Of a stretch of DNA of 64,000 bases, positions 50,691-60,442 are shown piece after piece; position 1 is the first letter of the stretch, and the number at the start of each line of letters is the position of its first letter. The notes under the pieces are model-generated. The model was not told where the DNA came from. It made no database searches and saw only the letters and a program-made list of their open reading frames with translations. Source of the DNA: Alphaproteobacteria bacterium (GTDB lineage: Bacteria; Pseudomonadota; Alphaproteobacteria; UBA2966); contig OZ219858.1 in the NCBI GenBank assembly GCA_964291395.2, positions 448,001 to 512,000 on the forward strand. Reading direction: 5' to 3'. The position numbers and the translations under genes were made by a program.

Positions 50691-51440
50691 TCAGTCTTTC
50701 AGGAATTCCCGATAGTCCGCCGCAAGTTCCTCGGCGGCGAGCTCGAGAAGTTCCTTGCCGTGCTCGGGTCTGGCAAGGGACGGATCGGAGGCCATGCGGC
50801 CGTCCGGGAACCGGCGCCGATAGTCGTCCGCGTCGGTGAACGAAAAGCCCCCGCCGGGCGACGTCAGCTCGGGAAGCTCCGCGTCCTTGATGGCGTCGGG
50901 GTGGACATATTGCGTGACGGCGACCTCGGACGGCGTGGCGTGGTACCCCTCCCGGCCGCCGTAGAACTTCTTGGCGAGCGCCTGCACGCGGGGCCGCTGA
51001 TACCAGTTGCGCGATACGCAGCGCACGCGAGGCCGGTCGCCGCCGCCGTCCATGCTGGTCCGGGCGTAGACCTCCTGGAAGGCCGTCTGCACCGTCGAGA
51101 CATTCCCGCCGTGACCGTTGATGAAATAGAAGCGCTCGAAGCCGTGCCGCGCGAGCGAGTTGACGTAGTCGGCGATAACGGACACCAGGGTGGAGGGCCG
51201 AAGCGTCATCGATCCGGTGAAGGCCATGTGGTGCTGCGCCATGCCGACGCCGATCGTGGGCCCCACCACGGCCCCGGCGGTCTCGCCCGCCGCTATGGCG
51301 ATGGCCTCGGCGCAGATGGCGTCGGTCCCGATCAGTCCGGTGGGGCCATGCTGCTCGGTCGACCCGATGGGCATCATGACCCCGGTCGAGGTCTGCAGGT
51401 AAGACTCGACCTCCTGCCACGTCATGAGATGCAGGAGCAT
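50691..51440 (-). CDS. Creatininase family amidohydrolase
   Basis: PIGSTEQHGP, NGHGGN, HATPSE. Confidence 0.9.
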   Translation of the reverse strand: MLLHLMTWQEVESYLQTSTGVMMPIGSTEQHGPTGLIGTDAICAEAIAIAAGETAGAVVGPTIGVGMAQHHMAFTGSMTLRPSTLVSVIADYVNSLARHGFERFYFINGHGGNVSTVQTAFQEVYARTSMDGGGDRPRVRCVSRNWYQRPRVQALAKKFYGGREGYHATPSEVAVTQYVHPDAIKDAELPELTSPGGGFSFTDADDYRRRFPDGRMASDPSLARPEHGKELLELAAEELAADYREFLKD

Positions 51441-51611
51441 GGTTGCCGCCTCCTCCGTTGACTTCCTTTAGCGGTTGCGTGCCGCGCTGTCTAACCCCGC
51501 CTTGTGGCGCCGCCCGAAATGAATCAATAATCCAGCCCGAACGTTGGGACGAACGCACGCCCTGCCGGGATCCCTCGGGGCGGCGCTCATCTGCAGGGAG
51601 ACGCCCAAGCC

Positions 51612-53552
51612 ATGTCGGAACAAACCCTTTATCCGGTTCCCGAGGATTGGAAGAGCAGAACGCTGTGCGACAACGATTCGTACCTGCGCATGTACGGGCA
51701 ATCGATCGCAGATCCCGAGGCCTTCTGGGCCGAGCAAGGCAAACGGATCGACTGGATCAGGCCCTACACCGAGATCAAGGACGTCTCCTACGCGGCCGAC
51801 GATCTGCACATCAGGTGGTTCCACGACGGAACCCTGAACGTCAGCGCCAATTGCATCGACCGGCATCTCGCGTCCCGCGGCGACAAGCCCGCCATCATCT
51901 GGGAAGGCGACGATCCCGACAACGACAAGACGATCACCTACCGGGAGCTGCACGACGAGGTGTGCAAGCTCGCCAACGGGCTCAAGTCCATCGGCGTGAA
52001 GAAGGGAGATCGCGTCACGATCTATTTGTCGATGGTCCCCGAGCTGGCCTATTCGATGCTCGCCTGCGCCCGCATCGGCGCCATCCACTCGGTGGTCTTC
52101 GGCGGCTTTTCGCCCGATTCCCTCGCGGGACGCATCCGGGACTGCGATTCCAGCGTCATCATCACCTCGGACGAAGGCGTCCGCGGCAACCGGCCCATTC
52201 CCCTCAAGGCCAACACCGACGGCGCCCTGGAAAGCTGTCCGACGATCGAGAAATGCGTCGTGGTCGAACGCACGGGCGGCGACATCGACTGGGTGGAGGG
52301 GCGCGACGTCTGGTACGAAGATCTGGTCAGGGACCAGCCCGCAACCTGCGAGCCCGAGGAGATGGGCGCGGAGGATCCCCTGTTCATCCTCTACACCTCG
52401 GGCAGCACGGGACAGCCGAAAGGCGTGCTGCACACGAGCGGCGGATACATCGTGTACGCCTCGATGACCCACCAGTACATCTTCGACTATCATGACGGGG
52501 ACGTGTACTGGTGCACGGCCGACGCCGGCTGGATCACGGGACACAGCTACATCGTCTACGGGCCTCTCGCCAACGGCGCCATCACGGTGATGTTCGAAGG
52601 CGTGCCCAACTACCCCGATTCGTCGCGCTTCTGGCAGGTCTGCGACAAGCACGACATCAACATCTTCTATACGGCGCCGACGGCCATCCGCGCACTGATG
52701 CGGGACGGCGACGATCCGGTGAAGAGGACGAGCCGCAAGTCCGTGCGGCTCCTCGGCACGGTCGGCGAGCCGATCAACCCGGAGGCCTGGAACTGGTACC
52801 ACGAGGTCGTCGGCGACGGCCGCTGCCCCATCGTCGACACGTGGTGGCAGACGGAGACGGGCGGGGTCTGCATCACGCCGTTGCCCGGCGCCACGGACCT
52901 CAAACCGGGCTCCGCCACCCTGCCGTTCTTCGGGGTCAGGCCGATGATCGTCGACGCGGACGGCAACGAGCTCGAGGGCGCCTGCGAGGGCAACCTGTGC
53001 ATCGCCGATTCCTGGCCGGGACAGATGCGGACGGTGTTCCGCGACCACGACCGGTTCGTCCAGACCTACTTCAGCCAGTACCCCGGACGGTATTTCACCG
53101 GGGACGGCTGCCGCCGTGACGAGGACGGCTATTACTGGATCACCGGCCGCGTCGACGACGTGATCAACGTGTCCGGCCACCGCATGGGCACGGCCGAGGT
53201 CGAGAGCGCGCTGGTCGCACACCCGAAGGTATCCGAGTCGGCGGTGGTGGGTTACCCCCACGACATCAAGGGTCAGGGCATCTATGCCTACGTCACCCTG
53301 ATGGCCGGCGAAGAGCCTTCCGACGACCTGCGCGAAGAACTGGTGCGCTGGGTGCGCAAGGAGATCGGGCCCATCGCGTCGCCCGACCTGATCCAGTGGG
53401 CGCCGGGCCTGCCCAAGACCCGCTCGGGAAAGATCATGCGCCGTATCCTGCGCAAGATCGCCGCGGACGAGCCCGAAGATCTCGGCGACACCTCGACCCT
53501 GGCGGACCCCGCGGTCGTGTCGGATCTCGTGGAGAACCGCGTGAACCGTTGA
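51612..53552 (+). CDS. acs: Acetyl-CoA synthetase
   Basis: [51 protein letters not shown]. Confidence 0.97.
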   Translation: MSEQTLYPVPEDWKSRTLCDNDSYLRMYGQSIADPEAFWAEQGKRIDWIRPYTEIKDVSYAADDLHIRWFHDGTLNVSANCIDRHLASRGDKPAIIWEGDDPDNDKTITYRELHDEVCKLANGLKSIGVKKGDRVTIYLSMVPELAYSMLACARIGAIHSVVFGGFSPDSLAGRIRDCDSSVIITSDEGVRGNRPIPLKANTDGALESCPTIEKCVVVERTGGDIDWVEGRDVWYEDLVRDQPATCEPEEMGAEDPLFILYTSGSTGQPKGVLHTSGGYIVYASMTHQYIFDYHDGDVYWCTADAGWITGHSYIVYGPLANGAITVMFEGVPNYPDSSRFWQVCDKHDINIFYTAPTAIRALMRDGDDPVKRTSRKSVRLLGTVGEPINPEAWNWYHEVVGDGRCPIVDTWWQTETGGVCITPLPGATDLKPGSATLPFFGVRPMIVDADGNELEGACEGNLCIADSWPGQMRTVFRDHDRFVQTYFSQYPGRYFTGDGCRRDEDGYYWITGRVDDVINVSGHRMGTAEVESALVAHPKVSESAVVGYPHDIKGQGIYAYVTLMAGEEPSDDLREELVRWVRKEIGPIASPDLIQWAPGLPKTRSGKIMRRILRKIAADEPEDLGDTSTLADPAVVSDLVENRVNR

Positions 53553-53687
53553 GCAAGTTCACTGCCGGACGCCGGGATCACGGTCTCGCCATGGACGGGC
53601 GAGGCGACGCGTCCGGGCCGGCGCCGTTCCCGACATCGGGGCGGTGGCGTGTCCGCTTTCTCGATTGACCGCTGACGCTGCGTTTTC

Positions 53688-53713
53688 TATATGGTCTGAT
53701 CTAGTCGGACCAT
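53688..53713 (+). promoter_or_regulatory. Probable -10 box plus inverted-repeat operator of the second TA operon
   Basis: TATATG followed by ATGGTCTGA-TCTAG-TCGGACCAT, 12 nt before the antitoxin start. Confidence 0.55.
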
Positions 53714-53725
53714 CTGGAATCCATC

Positions 53726-53971
53726 GTGCAATCAACCCTGACCCTCAGCGACGCCAAGGCGCGCTTCTCGGAGGTGGTCGAGAGGGTGACGGGCGGCGAG
53801 GAATTCGTCATCACCCGGATGGGCCGGCCGGTGGTCCGCATCGTCGGCTACGAGCCGCACGGTCAGGCACCAAGGCTGGGCGATCTGGCCGGCCGAATCC
53901 GCATCGCCGAGGATTTCGACGAGTGGCCGCCCGATATCGCGCAAGCCCTGGGAATGGCGGAGTCCGGGTGA
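53726..53971 (+). CDS. Phd/YefM-family antitoxin
   Basis: LSDAKARFSEVVERVTGGEEFVITRMGRPVVRI...GRIRIAEDFD. Confidence 0.88.
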   Translation: MQSTLTLSDAKARFSEVVERVTGGEEFVITRMGRPVVRIVGYEPHGQAPRLGDLAGRIRIAEDFDEWPPDIAQALGMAESG

Positions 53972-54342
53972 GATATCTGCTGGATACCCACGCGCTGCTT
54001 TGGGCGCGGGGGGCGCCGGACCGGCTGTCGCCCGAGGCGTTGATGGCGCTACGATCGTCGGAGAATGCTTTCTAGGTCAGCATCGCAAGCCTGTGGGAGT
54101 GCGCCATCAAATCCTCCCTCGGCAAGCTCGATATCCCTCCGGAGTTCTACCGGACCGTCGTCGAGGACTACACGCTCTTGGCGATCGAGATACCCCACCT
54201 CGAGGCCTATGCGGCCCTGCCGGCGCATCATCGGGATCCGTTCGACCGGCTTCTGATCGCACAGGCACGGCTCGCCGGCCTGACCGTGATCACCCGCGAC
54301 CGAAACATCGCCAAGTACGATGTCCCCGTCATGGCGGCATGA
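53968..54342 (+). pseudogene. vapC: VapC PIN-domain toxin with internal amber stop (54073..54075)
   Basis: RYLLDTHALLW...ENAF*VSIASLWECAIK...HHRDPFDRLLIAQA...ITRD, all in one frame. Confidence 0.88.
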
Positions 54343-54721
54343 TGGGGACGGTCTCTCGCAAGGCCAGCGTCGTCCAAGAGGAGAGGCTGGTCCGCCGCCC
54401 CACCGGCACCGGTTCGCCAACCGCGCCGTCGCGATACGCCGCAGGTACGGTCTCGCCATGGCGGTCGGGAGGCCGGCGCGCCCGGGCGCGTGCTGCCGGC
54501 CCGCTCCTCGACGGCGCTCGCGGACCATTCACGCCCCGCCGGCCCATGCCTCCGCGCACATTCAACCCACCCCCTGACTCCGCCGAGCCTCCAACGCTAT
54601 ACTCTGCACGCCCGCGTCCGCTACCGGTTCGAACCCCACATCGCCGCCTGTGGCCATCGCGCCGGGCCTGAGTCAACGACGACGGCGCTCGCGTCCGCGG
54701 GCCTGAATCAGGAGGATTTGG

Positions 54722-55690
54722 ATGAGCGGTCTTGCCCACCGCACCAGGCGGGTCGACGGGGTCAAATGGCACTGGGTCGAGGCTGGCGACGGCGAGCCCG
54801 TGGTCCTGCTGCACGGCATCCCCGAGAGCTGGCAGTGCTGGAAGCATCAGATTCCGACCCTCGCCACGCAATTCCGCGTGTTCGCTTTCGACCTGAAGGG
54901 ATACGGCCAGTCGGACAAGCGGGAGGGCGACTACTCGGGCGCCAACGTCGCCCGTGAACTCATCGCAGTCCTGGATTCGCTCGGTGTCGACAGATTCCGC
55001 CTGGCCGGCCACGACTGGGGCTCGATCATCGGCGATCACGTCTGCGACCACATCCCGGAGCGCATACAGCGTTACATGCGCTGCTCCATTTCGCTGCACG
55101 AATACGACGTCCGCAATTCCCTGCACCACCAGTGGAACTCGAAGAACCCGGAGGACTGCGGCAAGCTCATGGCCAAGCCCGGCGCCTACGTGCGCGTCTG
55201 GTTCGAAAGCTCGTGCGGCGCCGAGACGCAGCTCGGCGACGACGAGATCGAAGAGATCGTGGCCGAGTTCTCCAACCCGGGAACCGCGCAGGCGGTGCCG
55301 TGCTACTTCCGGGATCTCCAGAAGAACAAGCCGGTGGACTACTCGAAGTTCACGTTTCCCGTGGTCCAGGTTTTCGGCGCCCACGATCCGCGCCAGCCCA
55401 TCGAATACTTCCAAGGCCTCGAGAACCATATCCCCGGCCTCGAGGCGGTCATGATGATGGACTCGGGGCACTTCATGACCCGCGAGCGGCCGAAGGAGAT
55501 GACCCAGGCACTGATGTTCTTTTTCAATTCCATGCTGGCGCCAGGCGTCCCCCTGTTCGACCTGTCGCGCGAACACGGCCTGCCGGTCCGCCCGGTCAAG
55601 CCGCGCGCGGCCTGGGGCGTCAACAGTTTCGACCTGAAGAAACCGACGGGCAAGACGGGGCAGCGTGGAAAGCGCTCGAAATCCAGGTAG
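54722..55690 (+). CDS. Alpha/beta hydrolase (epoxide hydrolase / haloacetate dehalogenase-like)
   Basis: LLHGIPESW, DLKGYGQSD, GHDWG (Asp nucleophile), SGHF. Confidence 0.88.
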   Translation: MSGLAHRTRRVDGVKWHWVEAGDGEPVVLLHGIPESWQCWKHQIPTLATQFRVFAFDLKGYGQSDKREGDYSGANVARELIAVLDSLGVDRFRLAGHDWGSIIGDHVCDHIPERIQRYMRCSISLHEYDVRNSLHHQWNSKNPEDCGKLMAKPGAYVRVWFESSCGAETQLGDDEIEEIVAEFSNPGTAQAVPCYFRDLQKNKPVDYSKFTFPVVQVFGAHDPRQPIEYFQGLENHIPGLEAVMMMDSGHFMTRERPKEMTQALMFFFNSMLAPGVPLFDLSREHGLPVRPVKPRAAWGVNSFDLKKPTGKTGQRGKRSKSR

Positions 55691-55737
55691 CCTCGGCGCA
55701 ACGTTCGCGCAACGGCCCGTTCACAGGGAGTGACCAA

Positions 55738-56355
55738 ATGATCTACGAAATCCGAACCTACAACTGCATTCCCGGCGGCGCGCAGGAGCTCATCCAGCGG
55801 GTCGGCGAGAAGTATGAGCACCGGGCGAAATATTCGGAGGTGGCGGGCTTCTGGTACACCGACATCGGGCCCCTGCACCAGGTCGTGCACCTCTGGCCCT
55901 ACGAAAGTCCCGGTGACCGGCAGCGAGTCCGGGGAGAGGCGGCGAAGGACGGGAACTGGCCTCCAAACACTTATGACGTCATCGCCGACATGCAGTCGGA
56001 GATCTATCTGCCGGCGCCGTTCTGCCCGGAGATGCGGAAAGGCGATCTCGGCCCGGTCTACGAGATGCGCACCTACACCTTGAAGCCAGGTTCGTTCCCG
56101 GAGGTCGCCAAACGCTGGGAAGAGGCCATCGAGAAGCGCCTCGAGCTGTCGCCCCTGCTGTTCGCCGGCACCACGGAGCATGGCGGCCTCAACAAGTTCG
56201 TCCATATCTGGCCGTACAAGAGCGTCGATCATCGCGCGGAAATCCGCGCCAAGGCGCAGGCGACGGGCGTCTGGCCGCCCAAGGGCGGCCGGCAGTTCTC
56301 GGTCAAGCAGGAGAGCAAGATACTGCTGCCCGCCCCCTTCTCGCCCCTGCAATAG
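55738..56355 (+). CDS. NIPSNAP family protein (two domains)
   Basis: MIYEIRTY...HLWPYES; VYEMRTYTLKPG...HIWPYKS...PAPFSPLQ. Confidence 0.9.
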   Translation: MIYEIRTYNCIPGGAQELIQRVGEKYEHRAKYSEVAGFWYTDIGPLHQVVHLWPYESPGDRQRVRGEAAKDGNWPPNTYDVIADMQSEIYLPAPFCPEMRKGDLGPVYEMRTYTLKPGSFPEVAKRWEEAIEKRLELSPLLFAGTTEHGGLNKFVHIWPYKSVDHRAEIRAKAQATGVWPPKGGRQFSVKQESKILLPAPFSPLQ

Positions 56356-56421
56356 GCGGGGGCGGACGGCCCGGGTATGATTCCCGGCCAAATCGCAAAG
56401 GGACGAAGCAAGGGAGAATCG

Positions 56422-57318
56422 ATGACTACGATCGGCTTTGTCGGCATCGGCAACATGGGATTGCCGATGTCGGCGAACCTCGTGAAAGCGGGACATACCG
56501 TCCGGGCCTACGACGTGGTCCCGGAAAACGTGAAACAGGCGGAAGAGGCGGGCTGCGTGGCCACGGGCTCCATCGCGGAAGCCTGCGACGGCGCGGAAGC
56601 GGTGATCTCCATCGTTCCGGAGGGCGATCACGTACGCGCGGTCTATCTGGACGAGGGCGGCGTGCTGGACTCGGCGGCTCCGGATACCCTGCTCATCGAC
56701 ATGTCGACCATAGATCTCGCCACCGTCCACGCGGTGCAGGGCGCGGCCACGGCGCGCGGCTTCGAAATGCTGGATGCGCCCGTGTCCCGCGGAACGAAGG
56801 GGGCGCGAGAAGGGACACTGGTGATCATCGCCGGCGCCACGGACGGCGGCTTCGCGCGGGCCAAACCGTATTTCGACGTTCTCGGCACCGACATCTTCCA
56901 CACCGGCGCGCCCGGTACCGGATGCGCCACGAAGATCTGCAACAACATGATGATGGGCATCAATTTCATCTGCGCCGCGGAAGGCCTCATGCTCGCCGAG
57001 CACATTGGCCTCGATGTCGACAAGTTCTTCGAGATCGTCTCCAAGTCGTCGGGCGCGAACTGGCCCCTGGTGGGCTACGGAATGCTGCCCGGCATGGTCG
57101 AAGGCTGTCCGGCGGAGAACGACTACCAGCCCGGCTTCACCGCCGCGATGATGCGCAAGGATCTCCGGCTCTCCCAGCAGGCGGCGCAGGCGAAGGGCGC
57201 GTCGACGCCGCTGGGCGCGCAGGCGCATGCCCTCTTCGCGCTTTACTGCAAGGCCGGGTACGGCGAACTCGACGTCTCGTCCGTCATTCGATTCATCGGC
57301 GGCGGGCTACCGGAATAA
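56422..57318 (+). CDS. mmsB: 3-hydroxyisobutyrate dehydrogenase
   Basis: IGFVGIGNMGLPM, LDAPVSRG, KICNNM, PAENDYQPGF..MMRKDL. Confidence 0.82.
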   Translation: MTTIGFVGIGNMGLPMSANLVKAGHTVRAYDVVPENVKQAEEAGCVATGSIAEACDGAEAVISIVPEGDHVRAVYLDEGGVLDSAAPDTLLIDMSTIDLATVHAVQGAATARGFEMLDAPVSRGTKGAREGTLVIIAGATDGGFARAKPYFDVLGTDIFHTGAPGTGCATKICNNMMMGINFICAAEGLMLAEHIGLDVDKFFEIVSKSSGANWPLVGYGMLPGMVEGCPAENDYQPGFTAAMMRKDLRLSQQAAQAKGASTPLGAQAHALFALYCKAGYGELDVSSVIRFIGGGLPE

Positions 57319-57346
57319 CGGCCGACAATCATGGGGAACCGACGAA

Positions 57347-57970
57347 ATGATCTATGAGTTCCGTACGTACACGTTGACCCCCGGCGCCATGCCGAAGGTG
57401 CTGGACATGTTCGCGGAGGCCTACGAGCACCGGAAGAAGTACTCCGAACTCGCCGCGTTCTGGCGCACGGAGTTCGGGCCTCTCAACCAGATCATCCACG
57501 TGTGGCCCTATGAGAGCGCGCAACATCGTGAGGAGGTGCGCGCCGCGGCAGTGGAGGACCCCAAATGGCCGCCGGGCTTTTCGCAGCTCGGACTGGTCGT
57601 CGACCAGCGGGCCGAAGTCTTCAAAACGGCCCCCAACAGCCCGTTCGCGGAACCGGGAACGTACGGTCCCGTCTACGAGGTCCGGGAATACATCATCAAG
57701 CCGGGGTCGATGCCGACGTTCCTGCAGATTTGGGGCGACAACGTTCACATCCGGACCGCGTTCTCGCCCCTGGCCGCGGCGCTTTATTCCGATGTCGGCG
57801 GGCTCAACAAATTCCTGCACATCTGGCCCTACGAGAGCTTGGAGAGCCGCACGGAGGCCCGCAACCAGGCGTCGGCGACAGGACAGTGGCCGCCGGAGGG
57901 CGAGTTGGGACTGATCGAGCGCCAGTCGAGCATGCTGGCGACTCCGGCACCCTTTTCACCGCTGCAGTAG
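57347..57970 (+). CDS. NIPSNAP family protein (two domains), paralogue
   Basis: MIYEFRTYTLTPG...HVWPYES; VYEVREY...HIWPYES...PAPFSPLQ. Confidence 0.9.
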   Translation: MIYEFRTYTLTPGAMPKVLDMFAEAYEHRKKYSELAAFWRTEFGPLNQIIHVWPYESAQHREEVRAAAVEDPKWPPGFSQLGLVVDQRAEVFKTAPNSPFAEPGTYGPVYEVREYIIKPGSMPTFLQIWGDNVHIRTAFSPLAAALYSDVGGLNKFLHIWPYESLESRTEARNQASATGQWPPEGELGLIERQSSMLATPAPFSPLQ

Positions 57971-58028
57971 CGGCGGCGCTGACGGAGCCGAAACGGCTTG
58001 GAGGTACACCGGGGAGAGGAGCGTGGCG

Positions 58029-59285
58029 ATGGCGGATGCGGCGGGCGGAGGCAGGAACCTCCGCGTCGACGGCGGTCGGCTTTGGCGGTCGCTGATGGAT
58101 ATGGCCCGAATCGGCGCCACCGAGAAGGGCGGGGTCTGCCGCCTCGCGCTGACCGACCTCGACAAGGACGGGCGGGACCTGTTCGTCCGCTGGTGTGAGG
58201 AGGCCGGCTGCACGATCTCCGTGGACCGCATGGGCAACATCTTCGCCCGCCGTCCGGGGCGCAATCCTGATGCGCCGCCCGTGATGACCGGCAGTCATCT
58301 CGACTCCCAACCGACCGGCGGCAAGTACGACGGCGCTTACGGCGTGTTGGCGGGGCTCGAGGTGGTACGGACGCTCAATGACCTCGGCGTCGAGACCGAG
58401 GCGCCCGTCGAAGTCGCCGTGTGGACGAACGAGGAGGGTTCACGGTTCGCGCCGGCGATGATCGCTTCCGGGGTTTTTGCCGGCGCCTTCGACCTCGAAC
58501 ACGGCCTCTCGCGCCCGGACCCGGAAGGCCGCACGCTCGGCGAAGAGCTGGAGCGCATCGGCTATGCCGGCGACCTGGAATGCGGCAACCGGGAACTCGC
58601 GGCTTACTTCGAGGCCCACATCGAGCAGGGTCCGATCCTGGAAGACGAGGAGAAGACCATCGGGATCGTGTCCGGCGGTCAGGCACAGCGCTGGTACGAG
58701 ATCACCATGACCGGACAGGAAGCGCACGCCGGCCCGACACCCATGCTCACCCGCCGGGACGCGCTGCTCGGCGCGGCGCGGGCCGTGGACGCCGTGAACC
58801 GTATCGGCCTCTCCCATCAACCCGGAGCCTGCGCCACCGTCGGAATGCTGGACGCGAGACCGAACTCCCGAAACGTCATCCCCGGCTCGGTCTTCTTCAC
58901 GGTCGATTTCCGTCACCCCGACGACTCCGTCCTTTCCGCCATGGATGGGGAACTCAGGACCGCGTGCGAGGCCATCGCCGCCGACATCGCGCTCGAGCTC
59001 GAATTCGAGCAAATCTGGCATTCTCCCGCCGTCGCGTTCGATGCGGCTTGCGTCGAGGCCGTTCGGTCGGGAGCTAAAAAGTGTGATTACACTTATATGG
59101 ACATCGTGAGCGGCGCCGGACACGATGCCTGTTATGTCGCGCGAGTCGCACCGACCGGCATGATCTTCGTGCCCTGTGAGGGCGGGATCAGTCACAACGA
59201 GATAGAAAGCGCCACCTCGGAGGATCTCCAAGCCGGATGTAACGTGCTATTGCACGCAATTCTCGAATTCGCGGGGCAACGCTAG
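58029..59285 (+). CDS. M20 Zn-dependent amidohydrolase (N-carbamoyl-amino-acid hydrolase / beta-ureidopropionase-like)
   Basis: GSHLDSQPTGGKYDG, WTNEEGSRF, EAHIEQGP, HAGPTPM, SGAGHDA, GISHNE. Confidence 0.9.
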   Translation: MADAAGGGRNLRVDGGRLWRSLMDMARIGATEKGGVCRLALTDLDKDGRDLFVRWCEEAGCTISVDRMGNIFARRPGRNPDAPPVMTGSHLDSQPTGGKYDGAYGVLAGLEVVRTLNDLGVETEAPVEVAVWTNEEGSRFAPAMIASGVFAGAFDLEHGLSRPDPEGRTLGEELERIGYAGDLECGNRELAAYFEAHIEQGPILEDEEKTIGIVSGGQAQRWYEITMTGQEAHAGPTPMLTRRDALLGAARAVDAVNRIGLSHQPGACATVGMLDARPNSRNVIPGSVFFTVDFRHPDDSVLSAMDGELRTACEAIAADIALELEFEQIWHSPAVAFDAACVEAVRSGAKKCDYTYMDIVSGAGHDACYVARVAPTGMIFVPCEGGISHNEIESATSEDLQAGCNVLLHAILEFAGQR

Positions 59286-59429
59286 AACGGTTCCAGTTTA
59301 TGCGGAACCCCCATGCAGTTGCCCGGCAACGTGACGACGACCACCCCCACCTGATCTCCCCTCTGGGGGAGGAATGCTCGTGGCGTGAACGCCTACTCCC
59401 TCCCCCTTGCAGGATGGGCAACTATCGAA

Positions 59430-60380
59430 TCATTTGATCCAGGCGTTCACGGTATCCATGTTCGCCTCGACCCATTCCTCGGCGACATCCTGCGGATCCT
59501 CCTTGTCGCGGCCAATCCTGAGGATCCAGTCGTTGACCGTCGCCGGATCTAACTTGATCTGCCGCAGGAACTTGGCCGCGGCGGGGTTGCGCTGATCAAG
59601 GGACTTGGAATGCGCCACGTAGACGTTCGCGTCGGAATGCTTGCAATTGAACGTGGACGCCTCGAGCCAGTCTTCCTGGTCAAGCTTGAGGACCATGCAG
59701 CCTTCGGTGCGCGGCGGCTCCGACAGAGCCTGAAGGTCGTAGGCGGCATGAAGCCATTCGGGTGTCCAGTAGTAGAACAAAATGGGCTTCTCGACCGTGT
59801 AGGCCGCCTTGAGCTGGGCCTTGAACGTGGCGTCCGAGACGATCTCCGGCTCCCACAGCTCACTCAAGCCGTAGCTGCGGAACTTGACTTGCCACATCTT
59901 GGTCGACTTCCAATCCGCGGCGCCGGCCCAATATTCTCCTTTGCCGTTGTTGTCCTTGTCGAAGATGGCGGCGGTCTCCGGATTGGCGAGATCCGCGAAC
60001 GCCTTGATCTTGTCGGCCAGATAGTGCGGAACGAACATCCCCTGGGTGCCGAGATAGGGTTCGTTGTGAGCGACGCTCTTCGCCTCGACGATATACTTGT
60101 CCCACAAGGCCTGCTGATTCGGCATCCACATGTCGGTGTAGACGTCGATCGAGCCATCTCCCTTGTCCATGCCCTCGGCGATGATCGCCTGGTCACTCAT
60201 GCCCTGGATGATCTCGGCTTCGGAGTTCAACGGACCTTCGATCACTGCCTTGATGATATGCGCGATGGCCTTCGCGCCCGTCCAACTCAGGTCGGAGATG
60301 GTCACCTTCTCCTGGGCGTGCGCCGACGCGGCGGCCAGGGAAACGGCAGCCGCGAGCAGCAGTGGTTTCGCAAACTTCAT
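59430..60380 (-). CDS. Glycine betaine/proline-type ABC substrate-binding protein
   Basis: Signal peptide, DMWMPNQ, FDKDNNGKGEYWAG, LFYYWTPEW, AEEWV. Confidence 0.87.
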   Translation of the reverse strand: MKFAKPLLLAAAVSLAAASAHAQEKVTISDLSWTGAKAIAHIIKAVIEGPLNSEAEIIQGMSDQAIIAEGMDKGDGSIDVYTDMWMPNQQALWDKYIVEAKSVAHNEPYLGTQGMFVPHYLADKIKAFADLANPETAAIFDKDNNGKGEYWAGAADWKSTKMWQVKFRSYGLSELWEPEIVSDATFKAQLKAAYTVEKPILFYYWTPEWLHAAYDLQALSEPPRTEGCMVLKLDQEDWLEASTFNCKHSDANVYVAHSKSLDQRNPAAAKFLRQIKLDPATVNDWILRIGRDKEDPQDVAEEWVEANMDTVNAWIK

Positions 60381-60442
60381 AATCGTTGCTCCTCTCTCGA
60401 ATTTCCCCTTGAAATCAGCGTACGTAGTCCCGTACCTGCCGA

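Noticed and set aside
54073-54075. Pyrrolysine or programmed readthrough at the vapC amber codon
   Set aside because: No pyl genes or supporting signal in the window; TAG is a normal stop in many genes here.
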